Source of the DNA: an archaeon
Lineage (GTDB): Archaea; Nanobdellota; Nanobdellia; SCGC-AAA011-G17; VGLX01
Length of the DNA stretch: 64,000 nt
Direction of reading: 5' to 3'
Assembly: GCA_043810595.1 (NCBI GenBank)
Contig: JBDRNX010000031.1
Location: 25,443 to 89,442 of the forward strand
Positions within the stretch are counted from its first letter, which is position 1. The number at the start of each line of letters is the position of its first letter. The position numbers and the translations under genes are program-made. This document shows, piece by piece, positions 46,132 through 57,385 of the stretch. The notes beneath the pieces were generated by a model. The model did not search any database. It saw only the letters and a list, made by a program, of their open reading frames with translations, and was not told the DNA's origin.

Positions 46132-48195
46132 ATGGCAGAGTTAATTATCACTGAGAAGCCTAGTGCGGCGCTTAAGATAGCCACCGCTCTGGCTGATGAC
46201 AGTCCGGTGAAGAAGTCGGTTAACAAGGTTCCTTATTACGAGCTTAAGTACAAGGGAAAGGACATAATTGTTGTAAGTGCTGTAGGTCATCTCTACACTG
46301 TTGGTGAGAAGACAAAGGGAAAGTGGACTTACCCCGTTTTTGATATTGAGTGGAAGGTTTCTGCTGACGTCAACAAATCTTCTGCGTTCACGAAAAAGTA
46401 TTTAACCTTGATCAAGTCTCTTGCTAAGAAATCTGATTCTTTTGTTGTTGCTACAGACTTTGATATAGAAGGTGAGGTCATAGGCTACAATATCATAATT
46501 CACGCCTGCAAGAAGAAGGATGCTAAGCGTATGAAGTTCTCAACGCTTACTAAGGAAGAGCTTCTCAACTCTTATGAGCATGCTTCCCCCCATCTTGTTC
46601 GGGGTCAGGCCGAGGCTGGCCTTACCAGGCACGAGCTTGATTGGTTGTGGGGGATTAACATTTCTAGGGCTTTGACCCTTTCGGTTAAGAACGCTACGAG
46701 GATTCACAAGGTTTTGTCTTCAGGCCGTGTTCAGGGTCCTGCCTTGCACATCCTTGTTGAGCGTGAGAATGAGATAAAGGCTTTCAAGCCTGTCCCTTAC
46801 TGGCAGGTCGAGCTTCACGCTAAGAACGGGTTGGAGGCTTTGCATAAGACTGACAAGTTTTGGGATAAGGCCGAAGCTGACAGGGTTATGGATCACGTTA
46901 ATGGAAAAAAGGCTGCGGTTTCAAAGGTGGTGACCGAGGAGTTTGAGCAGTTGCCTCCTCACCCCTTTGACTTGACTAGCCTACAGATGGAGTCTTACCG
47001 CACTCTGAGGTTGAGCCCTAAGGACACCCTTGACATCGCGCAGGAGCTTTACATCGCCTCTTTTATCTCTTACCCGAGAACAAGTTCCAGCCAGTTGCCT
47101 TCCACTCTTAATTTCAAGAAGATTCTTTCTGACATTTCAAAACAGTCGGAGTTCAAGAACCTTGCTGGTGAGTTGTTAAAAAAGTCTAACTTAATTCCTA
47201 ACAACGGCAAAAAGTCCGACCCTGCTCATCCAGCAATCTACCCCACCGGTGTTTTGCCTGAAGGCCTTACTGGGAAGGCCAAGGATCTTTATGAGCTTAT
47301 TGTCAGGAGGTTTCTAGCCACTTTTGCAGATCCTGCTGTTAGGCAGAAGATGAATGTTGAGATAGATGTGGACGGTGAGCCTTTTGCTGTTAGCGGAATA
47401 AAAACGATTGAGCCTAACTGGCACAGGTTTTACGGAAGGTTTGTTAGGCATGATGAAGTTGAGCTTCCAAGCATAAAGGAGGGTCAGCAGCTTGATGTTA
47501 AGGAGTTTGTTTTATATGACAAGGAGACTCAGCCTCCAAAGCGTTACTCTCCTGCTTCCATGGTTAAGGTTCTGGAAAGAAAAAATCTCGGAACAAAAGC
47601 TACCCGTGCTGATATAATAGAAAGTTTGTATGACCGTGATTATGTGAAGGAGAGGGCTATTGAAGTTACAACCCTCGGTGTTAAGACTATAGAGGTTCTT
47701 GAGAACTATTGTCCGGAAATAATTGATGAGAAACTAACAAGACACTTTGAAAGGGAGATGAACATGATTATTGGGGGTAAGAAAGAGGGTAAAGACATTA
47801 TTGAGGAAGCGAAGAGGATTCTTACCAAAACTCTTAAGCAGTTCAAGGAGAACGAGAAAAACATCGGCAAGGGGCTTGCAGAAGCTTTCAAGGAAACCGT
47901 CAACAAGTCAATGATTGTTGGTAAGTGTCCTGTTTGCGGCTCTGACTTGAAGATTATGTACTCCAAGAAGAACAAGTCTTATTTTGTTGCCTGTTCCAAC
48001 TATCCTAACTGCAAGACAACTTTCTCTCTCCCGAAGTATGCCCTTCCAAAGCCGTCTGGTAAGTTTTGTGACGCTTGCGGCTACCCCATTATTAACATGA
48101 TCAGGAAGGGCAAGAAGCCTTATGAGTATTGTATTAACCCTCATTGTAAGAAGAAAGAGGAGTGGTACAAGAAGAATATGAATCAGAACATGTAA
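46132..48195 (+). CDS. topA: DNA topoisomerase, type IA (archaeal Topo I/III-like)
   Basis: Toprim domain (ELIITEKPSAA, TDFDIEGE) and C-terminal zinc ribbons (CPVCGS...CSNYPNC, CDACGY...CINPHC). Start moved to the internal ATG at 46132 (MAELIITEKPS). Confidence 0.85.
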   Translation: MAELIITEKPSAALKIATALADDSPVKKSVNKVPYYELKYKGKDIIVVSAVGHLYTVGEKTKGKWTYPVFDIEWKVSADVNKSSAFTKKYLTLIKSLAKKSDSFVVATDFDIEGEVIGYNIIIHACKKKDAKRMKFSTLTKEELLNSYEHASPHLVRGQAEAGLTRHELDWLWGINISRALTLSVKNATRIHKVLSSGRVQGPALHILVERENEIKAFKPVPYWQVELHAKNGLEALHKTDKFWDKAEADRVMDHVNGKKAAVSKVVTEEFEQLPPHPFDLTSLQMESYRTLRLSPKDTLDIAQELYIASFISYPRTSSSQLPSTLNFKKILSDISKQSEFKNLAGELLKKSNLIPNNGKKSDPAHPAIYPTGVLPEGLTGKAKDLYELIVRRFLATFADPAVRQKMNVEIDVDGEPFAVSGIKTIEPNWHRFYGRFVRHDEVELPSIKEGQQLDVKEFVLYDKETQPPKRYSPASMVKVLERKNLGTKATRADIIESLYDRDYVKERAIEVTTLGVKTIEVLENYCPEIIDEKLTRHFEREMNMIIGGKKEGKDIIEEAKRILTKTLKQFKENEKNIGKGLAEAFKETVNKSMIVGKCPVCGSDLKIMYSKKNKSYFVACSNYPNCKTTFSLPKYALPKPSGKFCDACGYPIINMIRKGKKPYEYCINPHCKKKEEWYKKNMNQNM

Positions 48196-48977
48196 CCCAT
48201 GACTTCTTTTATGTTGCTTACTTCTATTACATTAAGTCCTTTTTCTTGGAAGTATTCGCTTAGGTCTATTGTTGTTGGCACCATTCTTGTTCTGTAGTAA
48301 ACAAAGCCGCCGGTTTCTCTCTTAACGGTCTGTTTTTGGTAGTATGTGAATGTTTTCTGTCCTGCAGGTATAAGGAATATTTCATACCCACTGTCTGCTG
48401 CAGCATCTCCCTTCTCGATTAGGCTTCCAACTTTTCCTATGCTACCATCAACTTCTATCGTTCCTGTTATAGCCACACCTTCCTTCACAGGTTTGTTTTC
48501 TATCGCTGATATTGTTGCGATTGTCATTGCTGCTCCAGCGCTCGGTCCACCAAGCACTATTCCGTTGATGTCGAAGTCTATCAGCACGTTTTTGTCTTTG
48601 AGGTCTGTTTGTGTTATTTCTTTTGCTATTTCAACAGAGGTTACTGCGCTGTATTGCGTATCCGGTTCCACGAAAGGGTTGGTGTTAATGAGTACCTTCC
48701 CGTCGCCAGGCGTTATCTCTACCGTAACATCGCCTACTATGCCCTCTCCTTGCGGACTAACTGCTAGGACTTTCGCTTTCGCTTCTGAGCTCTGCAGCGT
48801 CATAGCGGACCCTGCTGTAGGTTTCGGTACGCTCTCCAAATTTATCTTTTCATCTTGCTCAAAGAAGTTATGTTGGAGGTTTGATACGTTATAAGCTAGA
48901 AAGAACCCTATCAGGAACATCAGTATTAGGCTTGCTGCCAGTTTCGGGGTTGTTATCCTGTGTTTTTTGAATACCAT
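48183..48977 (-). CDS. Membrane-anchored S16 (Lon C-terminal) peptidase-domain protein
   Basis: N-terminal TM anchor, then GPSAGAAMTIATISA...ITGTIEVDGSIGKVG resembling the Lon proteolytic domain. Confidence 0.55.
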   Translation of the reverse strand: MVFKKHRITTPKLAASLILMFLIGFFLAYNVSNLQHNFFEQDEKINLESVPKPTAGSAMTLQSSEAKAKVLAVSPQGEGIVGDVTVEITPGDGKVLINTNPFVEPDTQYSAVTSVEIAKEITQTDLKDKNVLIDFDINGIVLGGPSAGAAMTIATISAIENKPVKEGVAITGTIEVDGSIGKVGSLIEKGDAAADSGYEIFLIPAGQKTFTYYQKQTVKRETGGFVYYRTRMVPTTIDLSEYFQEKGLNVIEVSNIKEVMGYMF

Positions 48978-49590
48978 TTTCGAGTATTTTGAACCTCATC
49001 TCCTTTTTTTCAGGCTTTTTTAATCTTATGAATCTCGGTTCTATCCCCAGTTCTATTATTTTTTTGCTGAAGTCGCATACCATGTCACCGCCTACGCATT
49101 TTATTTCATTGTTTTTCGGGTCTGTGTAAACCTGGGTGGTTATCAAGACTGGTATGTTTTCTTTTGTTATGAGTCTCAGCTGTTTTAGCTGTTCTGCCAT
49201 GCTGTTGTTTGTTTCTTTTGCGTTTTTTATAAGGGCTACCCTGTAATGATGGCTTATCGTGTCCACTACAACTAATCCGACTTTGCCCTTTTTAACTATT
49301 TGTTTTAACAGTTCAAATTTTCTTATTTGGTCTTTGAAGCTTCTTATTTTTAGGACTATTATGTTTTGTAGTAGCTCTTCCTTTCCTGATGCTAGTTGTT
49401 TTGCTCTTTCGATGTTAAATCCGTTTTCGGTGTCGAGGTAGACCACTCTCTTTTTTTCTTCTGCTTGTTTTAGGGCTGCTATGGTTGCCAGGGTTGTTTT
49501 TCCTGAAGCTGGCGGCCCGTATATCATGGTTATTTCTTCTTTGTATCCTTCCAAAAATTCATCAATGTCCTTGTTTCCGGTGCTTATCAT
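48889..49590 (-). CDS. radB: RadB/KaiC-like RecA-superfamily ATPase
   Basis: Walker A GPPASGKTTLA and Walker B LVVVDTIS. Start set to the internal ATG at 49588-49590 (MISTGNKDIDEFL); the 82 codons upstream in the ORF track look like spurious extension. Confidence 0.65.
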   Translation of the reverse strand: MISTGNKDIDEFLEGYKEEITMIYGPPASGKTTLATIAALKQAEEKKRVVYLDTENGFNIERAKQLASGKEELLQNIIVLKIRSFKDQIRKFELLKQIVKKGKVGLVVVDTISHHYRVALIKNAKETNNSMAEQLKQLRLITKENIPVLITTQVYTDPKNNEIKCVGGDMVCDFSKKIIELGIEPRFIRLKKPEKKEMRFKILENGIQKTQDNNPETGSKPNTDVPDRVLSSL

Positions 49591-49720
49591 CTTTTTTCCT
49601 TTATGCTTTCTTTCTTTATATTGTTTTATAATGATATTGTGCTTGCAAATATATTTTGTAGTATATTGTTTAAAGGAAAAATTTATATACAAGCTGTATA
49701 CACAATTAGTATATACCAAA

Positions 49721-50071
49721 ATGGCAGACGTTTTTGAGAACATCATGATTTGTAATTCTTGTAGGAAGAAAACCGTCAAGGGAGAGGCAGTAAAGGATGG
49801 TTTTGTTATCAGGGTGTGGAAATGCCCCTCATGCAATCAAACATGGCCGCATCCTGGTGATTTGGAAAAGTATCAGAATTTCAAGAAGATAAGGGAAAAA
49901 AACTTCAGCGTTAAGCTTAGGATGGTTGGTAACAGCTACACGATTTCAATTCCTAGGGAGATAATCACGTTCCACCAGGTCCAGAGAGATGAATTGGTCA
50001 GGCTTGCTATGGAAGATCCTGATAAAGTTGTATTATATTTTTCAAGAATGGCAAAGTTTATTAAGCAATAG
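49721..50071 (+). CDS. Small zinc-ribbon + SpoVT/AbrB-like (swapped-hairpin) domain protein
   Basis: From the internal ATG at 49721 (MADVFENIMICNSC...CPSC), with the AbrB-like motif VKLRMVGNSYTISIPREI. Confidence 0.45.
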   Translation: MADVFENIMICNSCRKKTVKGEAVKDGFVIRVWKCPSCNQTWPHPGDLEKYQNFKKIREKNFSVKLRMVGNSYTISIPREIITFHQVQRDELVRLAMEDPDKVVLYFSRMAKFIKQ

Positions 50072-50087
50072 GGGGGGTTAGGTTTTT

Positions 50088-52373
50088 ATGGCAACACCAA
50101 TCGCAGAAGTTAATTTGAAAGTGATGGAGGCCTTGCAGGAAGAGGCCTACAAGGGAATTGTTAGGATAGATTCTGAGACTATGCATGCTATTGGTGTAAG
50201 ACAAGGTGGCGTAGTTGAGATTGAGGGCAATAAGAAAACCGTCGGCATAGTTGACCGCGCCTACCCCACTGATGTTGGCCAGTCAATAATCCGTATGGAT
50301 GGTATCCTGAGGCGTAACTCCCGTACAGGTATTGGTGAGCTTGTCAAGGTGAGGAAGGCTGATGTTAAGGAGGCTAAGTCTATTACTATAGCTCCTGCTC
50401 AGAAAGGTGTTACGATTCAAGCTGATCCTGTTATCTTCAAACGTGGTTTGCTGGGAAGGGCGGTTGTCAAGGGTGATCAAGTTGCTCTTGGTGGTGCTCG
50501 TTCAAGAAGGCGTACCATGGAAGGTTCACCGTTCGAGGAAATTTTTGAAGCTTTCGAGCAGGGTTTCATGGGTCCTTTCGGTTTGGGCGGTTTGAAGTTT
50601 ATAGTTGTTGAAACTAACCCCAAGCAGGCTGTGATAATAACTGAAAACACAAGCATTCAATTGAGCCCCAAGGCTGTTGAGATTCCTGAAGAGAAGGTTA
50701 TCGATGTTACTTATGAGGACATTGGTGGTCTTGGGGAGGAATTAAAAAAGGTTAGGGAGCTTGTTGAAACTCCGTTGAGGCATCCTGAGTTGTTCCAAAA
50801 ATTAGGAATAGAGCCTCCTGCAGGAATTTTGCTTTACGGTCCTCCTGGTTCAGGTAAAACTCTGTTGGCTAAAGCAGTTGCTAACGAGTCAGAAGCTAAC
50901 TTCATATTGCTGAACGGTCCAGAAGTTATGAACAAATTTTATGGTGAGTCTGAAAGAAAAGTTAGGGAATTGTTTGAGGAGGCAGAAAAGAACGCTCCTT
51001 CAATTATTTTCATTGATGAGATTGACGCAATCGCTCCAAAAAGGGAAGAAGTTCACGGCGAAGTTGAAAGAAGGGTTGTTTCTCAGCTTTTAACAATGAT
51101 GGATGGTTTGAAATCTAGGACCAGAGTTGTTGTTATTGGTGCAACGAACAGACCTAACGCTCTTGATCCTGCTTTAAGGCGTCCTGGAAGGTTTGACAGG
51201 GAGATCCAGATAGGTGTTCCTGATAAGAGGGCAAGGTTGGAAATATTGAAGATTCACACAAGGAACATGCCACTCGCTAAAGATGTTAAGCTGGAAGAGT
51301 TAGCTGAGGTTACTCACGGTTTTGTCGGCGCTGACCTTTCTGCCCTCGCAAAGGAAGCTGCCATGAACGTTTTGAGGAAGGTGCTGCAGAATGTTCAGCT
51401 CAGGGAAAAGGAACCGGTACCTCAAGAAATTCTGGATAAGATAATTATAGAAGGCAAAGATTTTAGGGATTCTTTGAAGATTGTTAGGCCCTCTGCTATG
51501 AGGGAAGTTTTGATTGAGACCCCTAATGTCAGTTGGTCCGATATTGGCGGCCTCGATCAGTTGAAGCAGGAATTAAAGGAAGCGGTTGAGTGGCCAATTA
51601 AGAATCCTGACTGTTTCAAGAGATTGGGGATCAGACCGCCTCGTGGCATTTTATTGTACGGCCCTCCAGGAACTGGTAAGACTTTACTTGCAAAAGCTGT
51701 TGCAAAGGAGTCAGAGGCAAACTTTATTTTTGTTAAAGGGCCTGCATTGTTGAATATGTGGGTTGGTGAAACAGAGAAAGGTGTTAGGCAGGTCTTTGAG
51801 AGGGCAAGGCAAACTGCTCCAACAATTATTTTCTTTGATGAGATTGATGCGATAGCACCAAGGCGTGGATTTGAGGTGGGCAGTAAAGTTACTGAACGTA
51901 TCGTTAACACGTTACTTTCTGAGATGGACGGCTTGGAAGAGTTGCATGATGTTGTTGTTATTGGTGCTACTAACAGGCCCGACATTCTTGATCCTGCCTT
52001 GTTGAGGCCTGGAAGGTTTGATAGGTTGTTGTTGACCTCCCCTCCGGATGAGAAGTCAAGGCTTGAGATATTCAAGATTCACACCGCGAAGATGCCCCTT
52101 GCTAAGGATGTTAAGATTGAGGATTTTGCAAAGGGGTCTGAGGGATATTCGGGTTCTGACCTTGAGGCTGTTTGTCGTGAAGCTGGAATGCTTGCCTTAA
52201 GGGAAGACATAAAGGCTAAGGAAGTTAAGAAAAAATTCTTTGAAAAAGCCATTGAAAAAATAAGGCCTTCAATACCCAAGGATACGATGGACAAGTATAA
52301 GGCCATCGAGGACGAATACTTGAGAAGTGCTAAGTCTGCTCTGCAGAGAAACCAGCAGAATTACTTTGGCTAA
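50088..52373 (+). CDS. cdc48: CDC48/VCP-like AAA+ ATPase (two AAA domains)
   Basis: N domain followed by D1 (GPPGSGKT ... IIFIDEID) and D2 (GPPGTGKT ... IIFFDEID). Confidence 0.9.
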   Translation: MATPIAEVNLKVMEALQEEAYKGIVRIDSETMHAIGVRQGGVVEIEGNKKTVGIVDRAYPTDVGQSIIRMDGILRRNSRTGIGELVKVRKADVKEAKSITIAPAQKGVTIQADPVIFKRGLLGRAVVKGDQVALGGARSRRRTMEGSPFEEIFEAFEQGFMGPFGLGGLKFIVVETNPKQAVIITENTSIQLSPKAVEIPEEKVIDVTYEDIGGLGEELKKVRELVETPLRHPELFQKLGIEPPAGILLYGPPGSGKTLLAKAVANESEANFILLNGPEVMNKFYGESERKVRELFEEAEKNAPSIIFIDEIDAIAPKREEVHGEVERRVVSQLLTMMDGLKSRTRVVVIGATNRPNALDPALRRPGRFDREIQIGVPDKRARLEILKIHTRNMPLAKDVKLEELAEVTHGFVGADLSALAKEAAMNVLRKVLQNVQLREKEPVPQEILDKIIIEGKDFRDSLKIVRPSAMREVLIETPNVSWSDIGGLDQLKQELKEAVEWPIKNPDCFKRLGIRPPRGILLYGPPGTGKTLLAKAVAKESEANFIFVKGPALLNMWVGETEKGVRQVFERARQTAPTIIFFDEIDAIAPRRGFEVGSKVTERIVNTLLSEMDGLEELHDVVVIGATNRPDILDPALLRPGRFDRLLLTSPPDEKSRLEIFKIHTAKMPLAKDVKIEDFAKGSEGYSGSDLEAVCREAGMLALREDIKAKEVKKKFFEKAIEKIRPSIPKDTMDKYKAIEDEYLRSAKSALQRNQQNYFG

Positions 52374-53239
52374 ATCTTTGTTGTTATTTTTGGGTTTTCT
52401 TTTACTATTACCGTATGTTCTGCTTGGCTTACGAGCGCTTTCGTTTTTTCAGGCAGTTGCGGGTAATGATGCAGTATTCCTTGGTTTTCCAGTAGTGTTA
52501 AAGCAAAATTGGCTGCGGGAAATTTTTTTAGTATCCATCTTTTTGCAAATGGTAACTCGTGGTATTCTTCTACTATGAACTGTATCATCTTTCTTATTTT
52601 CATATCTCTCACCGGTTTTATCTGCTCTATCCTGTAAATTCCTGAGGGTTTTCCCTCTATTATCCTCCCTTCTCCATTCGTTGCGAAGGGTTCCACCGCG
52701 AAGATTTGGCCTTCTTCAAGCTCTGTCGGGTCGTTGTTGTCGTAGTTCGGTATGGTGATTCCCGCGTGCAGGTTGTATTTCTCTACCTGGTGTCCTGACA
52801 GGTTTATTATCGGAACAAGGTTAAATTCTTGAATTGTTTTTTGCACCACCTTACCTATCTCGCCTATCTTTGTTCCTGGAGTGAACATCTTCAGGGCTTC
52901 GTTCAGCGCTTTCTCGCTTGCTTCTACGAATTCCTTGTGTTCTCCCAGGTCTACTGTGCATGCTATATCACCTATAGCACCGTTTACATGTGCTCCTATG
53001 TCTATCTTCACGAGTTCTCCTTCTTTGAAAGTTGTTTCATCGTTAGGAAAAGGTGTGTAGTGTGCTGCTATGTGGTTTATGGAAAGGTTGATGGGGAATG
53101 CTGGTTTTGCTCCCAGGCTTACTATTTTTTCTTCTATTTTTTCTGCTACTTCCAGTAGCGATGCGTCTGCTTTCACAAGTTTCTTCCCGAATTCCATCGC
53201 TTCTGCTGCTATCTTTCCTGCTTTTTCCCAGTCTTCCAT
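52370..53239 (-). CDS. map: Methionine aminopeptidase, type 2
   Basis: Pita-bread fold metal ligands (D...D...H...E...E pattern); archaeal-type 289 aa. Confidence 0.85.
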   Translation of the reverse strand: MEDWEKAGKIAAEAMEFGKKLVKADASLLEVAEKIEEKIVSLGAKPAFPINLSINHIAAHYTPFPNDETTFKEGELVKIDIGAHVNGAIGDIACTVDLGEHKEFVEASEKALNEALKMFTPGTKIGEIGKVVQKTIQEFNLVPIINLSGHQVEKYNLHAGITIPNYDNNDPTELEEGQIFAVEPFATNGEGRIIEGKPSGIYRIEQIKPVRDMKIRKMIQFIVEEYHELPFAKRWILKKFPAANFALTLLENQGILHHYPQLPEKTKALVSQAEHTVIVKENPKITTKI

Positions 53240-55620
53240 TAAAAGTCCCCCAGTTTCTTTTGACTTGCCATTTCTGTTATGTATTCTTTTTTGTATCCCA
53301 GCACTTCCAGCACTGGACCTACTGCTGGTATTATCTGGTTATTTATATAATATTCTGCATCATAATCCTGCGCTTCTTGGGGTGGTTTTGCCCTGTCCCT
53401 TATCGGTCCTTTTCCCGGTGTTACAACATACATTATGGTGGTTCCTATCCCTACGTGCATGCCGTTGGCGCTCATTCTTTCTGCTACCGCAACGTGTGGA
53501 CCTCTTCGTTGGTAGTCGTCTAGGTTTTTTTGCAGTTGCGTTCTTATTATCATGTCTTCCATGTCAAACTTCCTGTTTCTTATATCTTTTATTATGTCCT
53601 TTACGTACTGTATCGCTTTTTCTTTGTTGTTTTCTTTCAGTATCATGGCAAATACTTTCTTCTGGACATCTTTTGCCAGCCTGCTCCAGTCCCTTCTTAC
53701 CGATTCAAACCCCTTGACTATTAGTTCCCCTTTCTCATTTAGCAGCACGTACTTCTTTTTTGCTCCCGTCGCTTCGCTTTTCTTTGATACAAAAATCCCT
53801 CTTGGGTACATGCTTTCAAGTTCAAGCTCCATTATTCCAGGCAGCTTTTCATTTATTTTTTTTATGAATTCAATGACTTCTTTCTTTGTTTTTTTGCCTA
53901 GGCTGAGTACTATTGAGTCTGTATCCCCGTAAATGACTTCGAATTCTTTTTGTGCTTTTTCTATCGTGTTCGTGATGTAGTACCTTGCGAATGCTGTTAT
54001 GGATTCTGCGCATTCCCTGCTGTACCATCTGGCTCCGAAGAATCCCATGTAGCCGTATGCTGAGTTTCCTACTGTTTTTAACGCGTAAGATCTCCCTTCC
54101 AGTGCTTTGTCGAACTTTTCTTTGAGGGCTTTCTTCAGTTCGTTCCTTTTCATTAGCACTTCTTTTATTGATTTGGTTATGAACCCCTCTTTTTTTGTGA
54201 AGTAATGCCTGACCATCTTCCCTTTCTGGTCTATCTCCGGCGTTTCATAACCTTCTTTTTCTTTTGTTATTGTTGTTGGGGTTATGTTATAAGAGACTAT
54301 TATGCTGGGGTACATTCCTTTGAAGTCCACAAGTGCGAGGTTTTCATAAAGTCCTGGTTTTGGGTCGTAGACGAATGCTCCCTTGTATTTTTCTTGCATC
54401 ATCCTTTCCATTGTAACTTCCCTGTGTGGTCTGTTTGGGCATATCTCGTTGTATTGTTTTGCTTTTCTTATTAGGTACCATTCAACCAGTTGTCCGTAGC
54501 TCAGTCTTGATATGTCAAATATCGGTTGGCCTATGACTTTTGTTAGCTCATTTAAGTTTGTGATTATCCTCTGGCAGATTTTGTATGTTATCTCCGCATC
54601 TTTTAGGTTGTACATGCATATCTCTTCTATTTCTCGGCCTCCAGAGTCCCATACTAGGCCCATCTTTCCTATTTCCAGTTCTGCTTTCCCCTCGCCGATT
54701 AGTTCTTTTGCGACTGAGTTTAGGTCGAAATTTTCTGTTTTTAGGGTGTATCCCATTATGGTGGTTATGAAACTGAATAAGTCTATGTGTATCACGTTTG
54801 TTCCTGCTTTTGTTGTTCTTCTCCTGTTTATGTCCAGCCCTTTTATTTCCCCGTCTATGTTTACCTTGTTTTTTTCTGCTCTTGTTCTTATGTATGGTAT
54901 GTCAAAACCGTCGGAGAAATACCCCACAACGTAGTCCGGATCGTATTCTTTTATCGTTTTTATGAATTCTTTCAGCAGTTCTGCTTCGTTGCTTACGAAC
55001 GTTATGTCTTCTTCTGTCGGGAACTTTTTCCATGTTATCACTTTTTTCAGTTTTTCTCCGTAGAGTGCGAGGCTTATTATCGGGTCTTTTGTTGCTACCG
55101 AGAACCTTCCGGGTTCGAAATACGTCTCTATGTCAAATGCAAGAACTTTTGGATTATCATAGGCGCCTTCTTTCGGTGTTATTTTCTTTATTTTGTTTCC
55201 GTCTGCTTCTATTTCGTAAAGCTGTAACGGTATTATTCCCTTGTCTATTAGGTACCTTCTTGTGAAGTTTATATCTATTTCAAATGTTGCTTCGACGTCC
55301 CTCGTGTGTCTTATTTCGCTGCTTATTTTTGCGACGTCTGTTGGGTTCTTTACTGTTACCTTTATCGCTTTTGTAGGTTGTTCATAGAATTTTTTGTTTT
55401 CTATCACTGCTTTTACAACGTTTTTTGTTTTTTCTATCTTCTTTTTCAGATCTTCTATGTTTTTTTTAGCTGTTACCCAGAAGTATGGTTGTAGCGAATC
55501 GTCAATAAGTTCTATTTTTTTGCTTTCTGTAGTTCTCCCTATTAGTTTTATGACCGCTTTTTCCCTGTTCTCATAGTCTACTTCTAAAGGGTAAAATCCT
55601 ATTTTCATCTTCCTTACCAT
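53239..55620 (-). CDS. polB: Family B DNA polymerase
   Basis: Exo I (FDIETY), Pol A (DFKGMYPSII), Pol C (YGDTDS) and KKKY motifs; 793 aa with no intein. Confidence 0.9.
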   Translation of the reverse strand: MVRKMKIGFYPLEVDYENREKAVIKLIGRTTESKKIELIDDSLQPYFWVTAKKNIEDLKKKIEKTKNVVKAVIENKKFYEQPTKAIKVTVKNPTDVAKISSEIRHTRDVEATFEIDINFTRRYLIDKGIIPLQLYEIEADGNKIKKITPKEGAYDNPKVLAFDIETYFEPGRFSVATKDPIISLALYGEKLKKVITWKKFPTEEDITFVSNEAELLKEFIKTIKEYDPDYVVGYFSDGFDIPYIRTRAEKNKVNIDGEIKGLDINRRRTTKAGTNVIHIDLFSFITTIMGYTLKTENFDLNSVAKELIGEGKAELEIGKMGLVWDSGGREIEEICMYNLKDAEITYKICQRIITNLNELTKVIGQPIFDISRLSYGQLVEWYLIRKAKQYNEICPNRPHREVTMERMMQEKYKGAFVYDPKPGLYENLALVDFKGMYPSIIVSYNITPTTITKEKEGYETPEIDQKGKMVRHYFTKKEGFITKSIKEVLMKRNELKKALKEKFDKALEGRSYALKTVGNSAYGYMGFFGARWYSRECAESITAFARYYITNTIEKAQKEFEVIYGDTDSIVLSLGKKTKKEVIEFIKKINEKLPGIMELELESMYPRGIFVSKKSEATGAKKKYVLLNEKGELIVKGFESVRRDWSRLAKDVQKKVFAMILKENNKEKAIQYVKDIIKDIRNRKFDMEDMIIRTQLQKNLDDYQRRGPHVAVAERMSANGMHVGIGTTIMYVVTPGKGPIRDRAKPPQEAQDYDAEYYINNQIIPAVGPVLEVLGYKKEYITEMASQKKLGDF

Positions 55621-55649
55621 CTTTTGGTTTTATTTAACCTTTTCGAGAA

Positions 55650-56615
55650 TTACTGGCTGTCAATCGTTGTGTGGTCTGCTATGTGTAGTCTTCCTTGGAA
55701 TCTTTTCACCGATGTTTCTTTCCCTATTATGGATTCCTTAAGGTTGCTATCCTCTATCGTGCTTTTTTCGTCTATTATGCTGTCTTGTATTTTTGAGTTT
55801 GTTATCTTTGCTCCCTTGTTTATAGTTACGTAAGGTCCTATCTCAGAATTTTCTATTATAACATCATCATCTATAAAGACAGGCTCTATTACCTTGCTCT
55901 CTGTTTCTATTTTTTTGTTGTTTTCTTTCAGGAGTTCCCTGTGCGTTGATAGTAATGTTTCTACTTTTCCTGTGTCAAGCCATTTTTCGATGGTGAAGGT
56001 TTTGAATTTTTCTCCTTTGTTTACCATCATTTGTAGGGCATCAGCCAGATAGTATTCGCCTTTGAGGGTTATGTCCTTTCTTATTATCTCTCTTATTGCT
56101 TCGAATAGTTCTTTGTGTTTGTTTATTTGGTACATTCCTATGAGCGCTAGGTTGCTTGGCGGGTTTTTTGGCTTTTCAACTATCCTTGTCACGTATTCCT
56201 TCTTCTCTATTATCCCAAATCTTTCCGGAGTGTCTGTTTCTGCAACCACTAGGTTACCTGCGCAAGCTTCATCTAGTTCTATCTTTCCTTTGAATGCAGT
56301 GTCACAATATACTATCAGGAATGGTCCGTCTATGAGGTGTTCTGTTTGCAATATTGCGTGCGCATCACCTCTCCTTTCTTTCTGGTAAACGTAGCTCTTT
56401 TTGAAGCTGTAATTCTTGCTCATGTGGTCCATTACCTGTTCCCCCATCGGTCCTAGTATGAATATAACCTCGTCTATCTTTTGTGATTTTTCTATTTCGT
56501 CTATTATGTGGTTGATTATTGGTTTGCCTGCTATGCTCATCAGCACTTTGTGGGTTACGTGTGTTGTAGGTCTCAGCCTGGAGCTCAGTCCTGCTACCGG
56601 TATGACTACTTTCAT
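55650..56615 (-). CDS. Sugar-phosphate nucleotidyltransferase with a C-terminal left-handed beta-helix
   Basis: N-terminal VIPVAGLSSRLRPTT signature plus C-terminal hexapeptide-like repeats. Confidence 0.7.
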   Translation of the reverse strand: MKVVIPVAGLSSRLRPTTHVTHKVLMSIAGKPIINHIIDEIEKSQKIDEVIFILGPMGEQVMDHMSKNYSFKKSYVYQKERRGDAHAILQTEHLIDGPFLIVYCDTAFKGKIELDEACAGNLVVAETDTPERFGIIEKKEYVTRIVEKPKNPPSNLALIGMYQINKHKELFEAIREIIRKDITLKGEYYLADALQMMVNKGEKFKTFTIEKWLDTGKVETLLSTHRELLKENNKKIETESKVIEPVFIDDDVIIENSEIGPYVTINKGAKITNSKIQDSIIDEKSTIEDSNLKESIIGKETSVKRFQGRLHIADHTTIDSQ

Positions 56616-56650
56616 GATTTAGCTAAGGTCAGTAAAATTTAAAAAGCTTT

Positions 56651-57301
56651 TTAGAAGAAATGGCTTATCGGTTTGCTTCTTATTATTGCGTTTGGTTCTG
56701 GTTTGAAGACGTATGCGTAATGGCTGTCGAAGTATCCGCATCTGAAGTGGTTTAATGGCAGCCCTGTTCTTTTGCTCAGCATCAACGCGTAGAAGTATGT
56801 TTGTGTTGTTGCATATTCTTCTCTGTGTGCGTTTGGTTTGTAGTCCCATACCCAGATATTGCCGTCTTCGAATCTTAGCAGGTCTATGTGTCCTGTTAAG
56901 GGCTCTCTTGTTTTGAATATGTTGATATAGTCTTCGATTTCGTCTTCCTTTATCCATATGGGCACTTCTACCGCTACTGTCTTGTCATCGTTTTCTAGCA
57001 TGAATACCTGTACTTTTGAATGGTTGCTGTTATACCTTCCTTCGTTTTGTTCCAGTCCGTACCTTGTCAGAAGGCTTACTTCATGCCCTGTTACTTCTTT
57101 TGGTGTTATACCTATCTTGAATCTAAGTTTAGAACCTCTTGGCCCCTTTTCGAAGTATTCATTGGGGCAATCATCAAATATGTGATAGAGGTAATTCTTC
57201 AAAGGGTTGAGCCCGTTGTTTAGGAGTTCTGCTTTTTTATTGTGTACCCTGTAATGGTAGAACCAGCCGTGTTCGAACGACGCATGCTTTATCACTATCA
57301 C
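56651..57301 (-). CDS. PD-(D/E)xK nuclease-superfamily-like protein
   Basis: GHIDLLRFEDGNIWVWDYKP resembles the RecB/Cas4-like D...E.K core (D-x-n-E-x-K with a DYK motif); no Cys cluster. Confidence 0.35.
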   Translation of the reverse strand: MIVIKHASFEHGWFYHYRVHNKKAELLNNGLNPLKNYLYHIFDDCPNEYFEKGPRGSKLRFKIGITPKEVTGHEVSLLTRYGLEQNEGRYNSNHSKVQVFMLENDDKTVAVEVPIWIKEDEIEDYINIFKTREPLTGHIDLLRFEDGNIWVWDYKPNAHREEYATTQTYFYALMLSKRTGLPLNHFRCGYFDSHYAYVFKPEPNAIIRSKPISHFF

Positions 57302-57385
57302 ACCTCTTTTTCTTGCTTTATGCTTTTTCTTATTATTATAAGCTTTTTGGTAACTTTTTTATATTTGTCCTTTAACTTAATTCAT

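Noticed and set aside
49591-49836. 82-codon N-terminal extension of the RadB ORF
   Set aside because: It is low-complexity (MHEGHFHTLITKPSF...) and runs through the intergenic/promoter region. The Walker A domain starts right after the internal Met at 49590.
17867-55620. Inteins in PolD DP2, PolB, CDC48 or Cdc6
   Set aside because: Protein lengths (1150, 793, 761 and 402 aa) and contiguous catalytic motifs leave no room for intein-sized insertions.
57242-57385. 48-codon extension upstream of FEN1
   Set aside because: It is hydrophobic and non-conserved. FEN1 N domains start MG(L/I)K..., matching the internal ATG at 57386.
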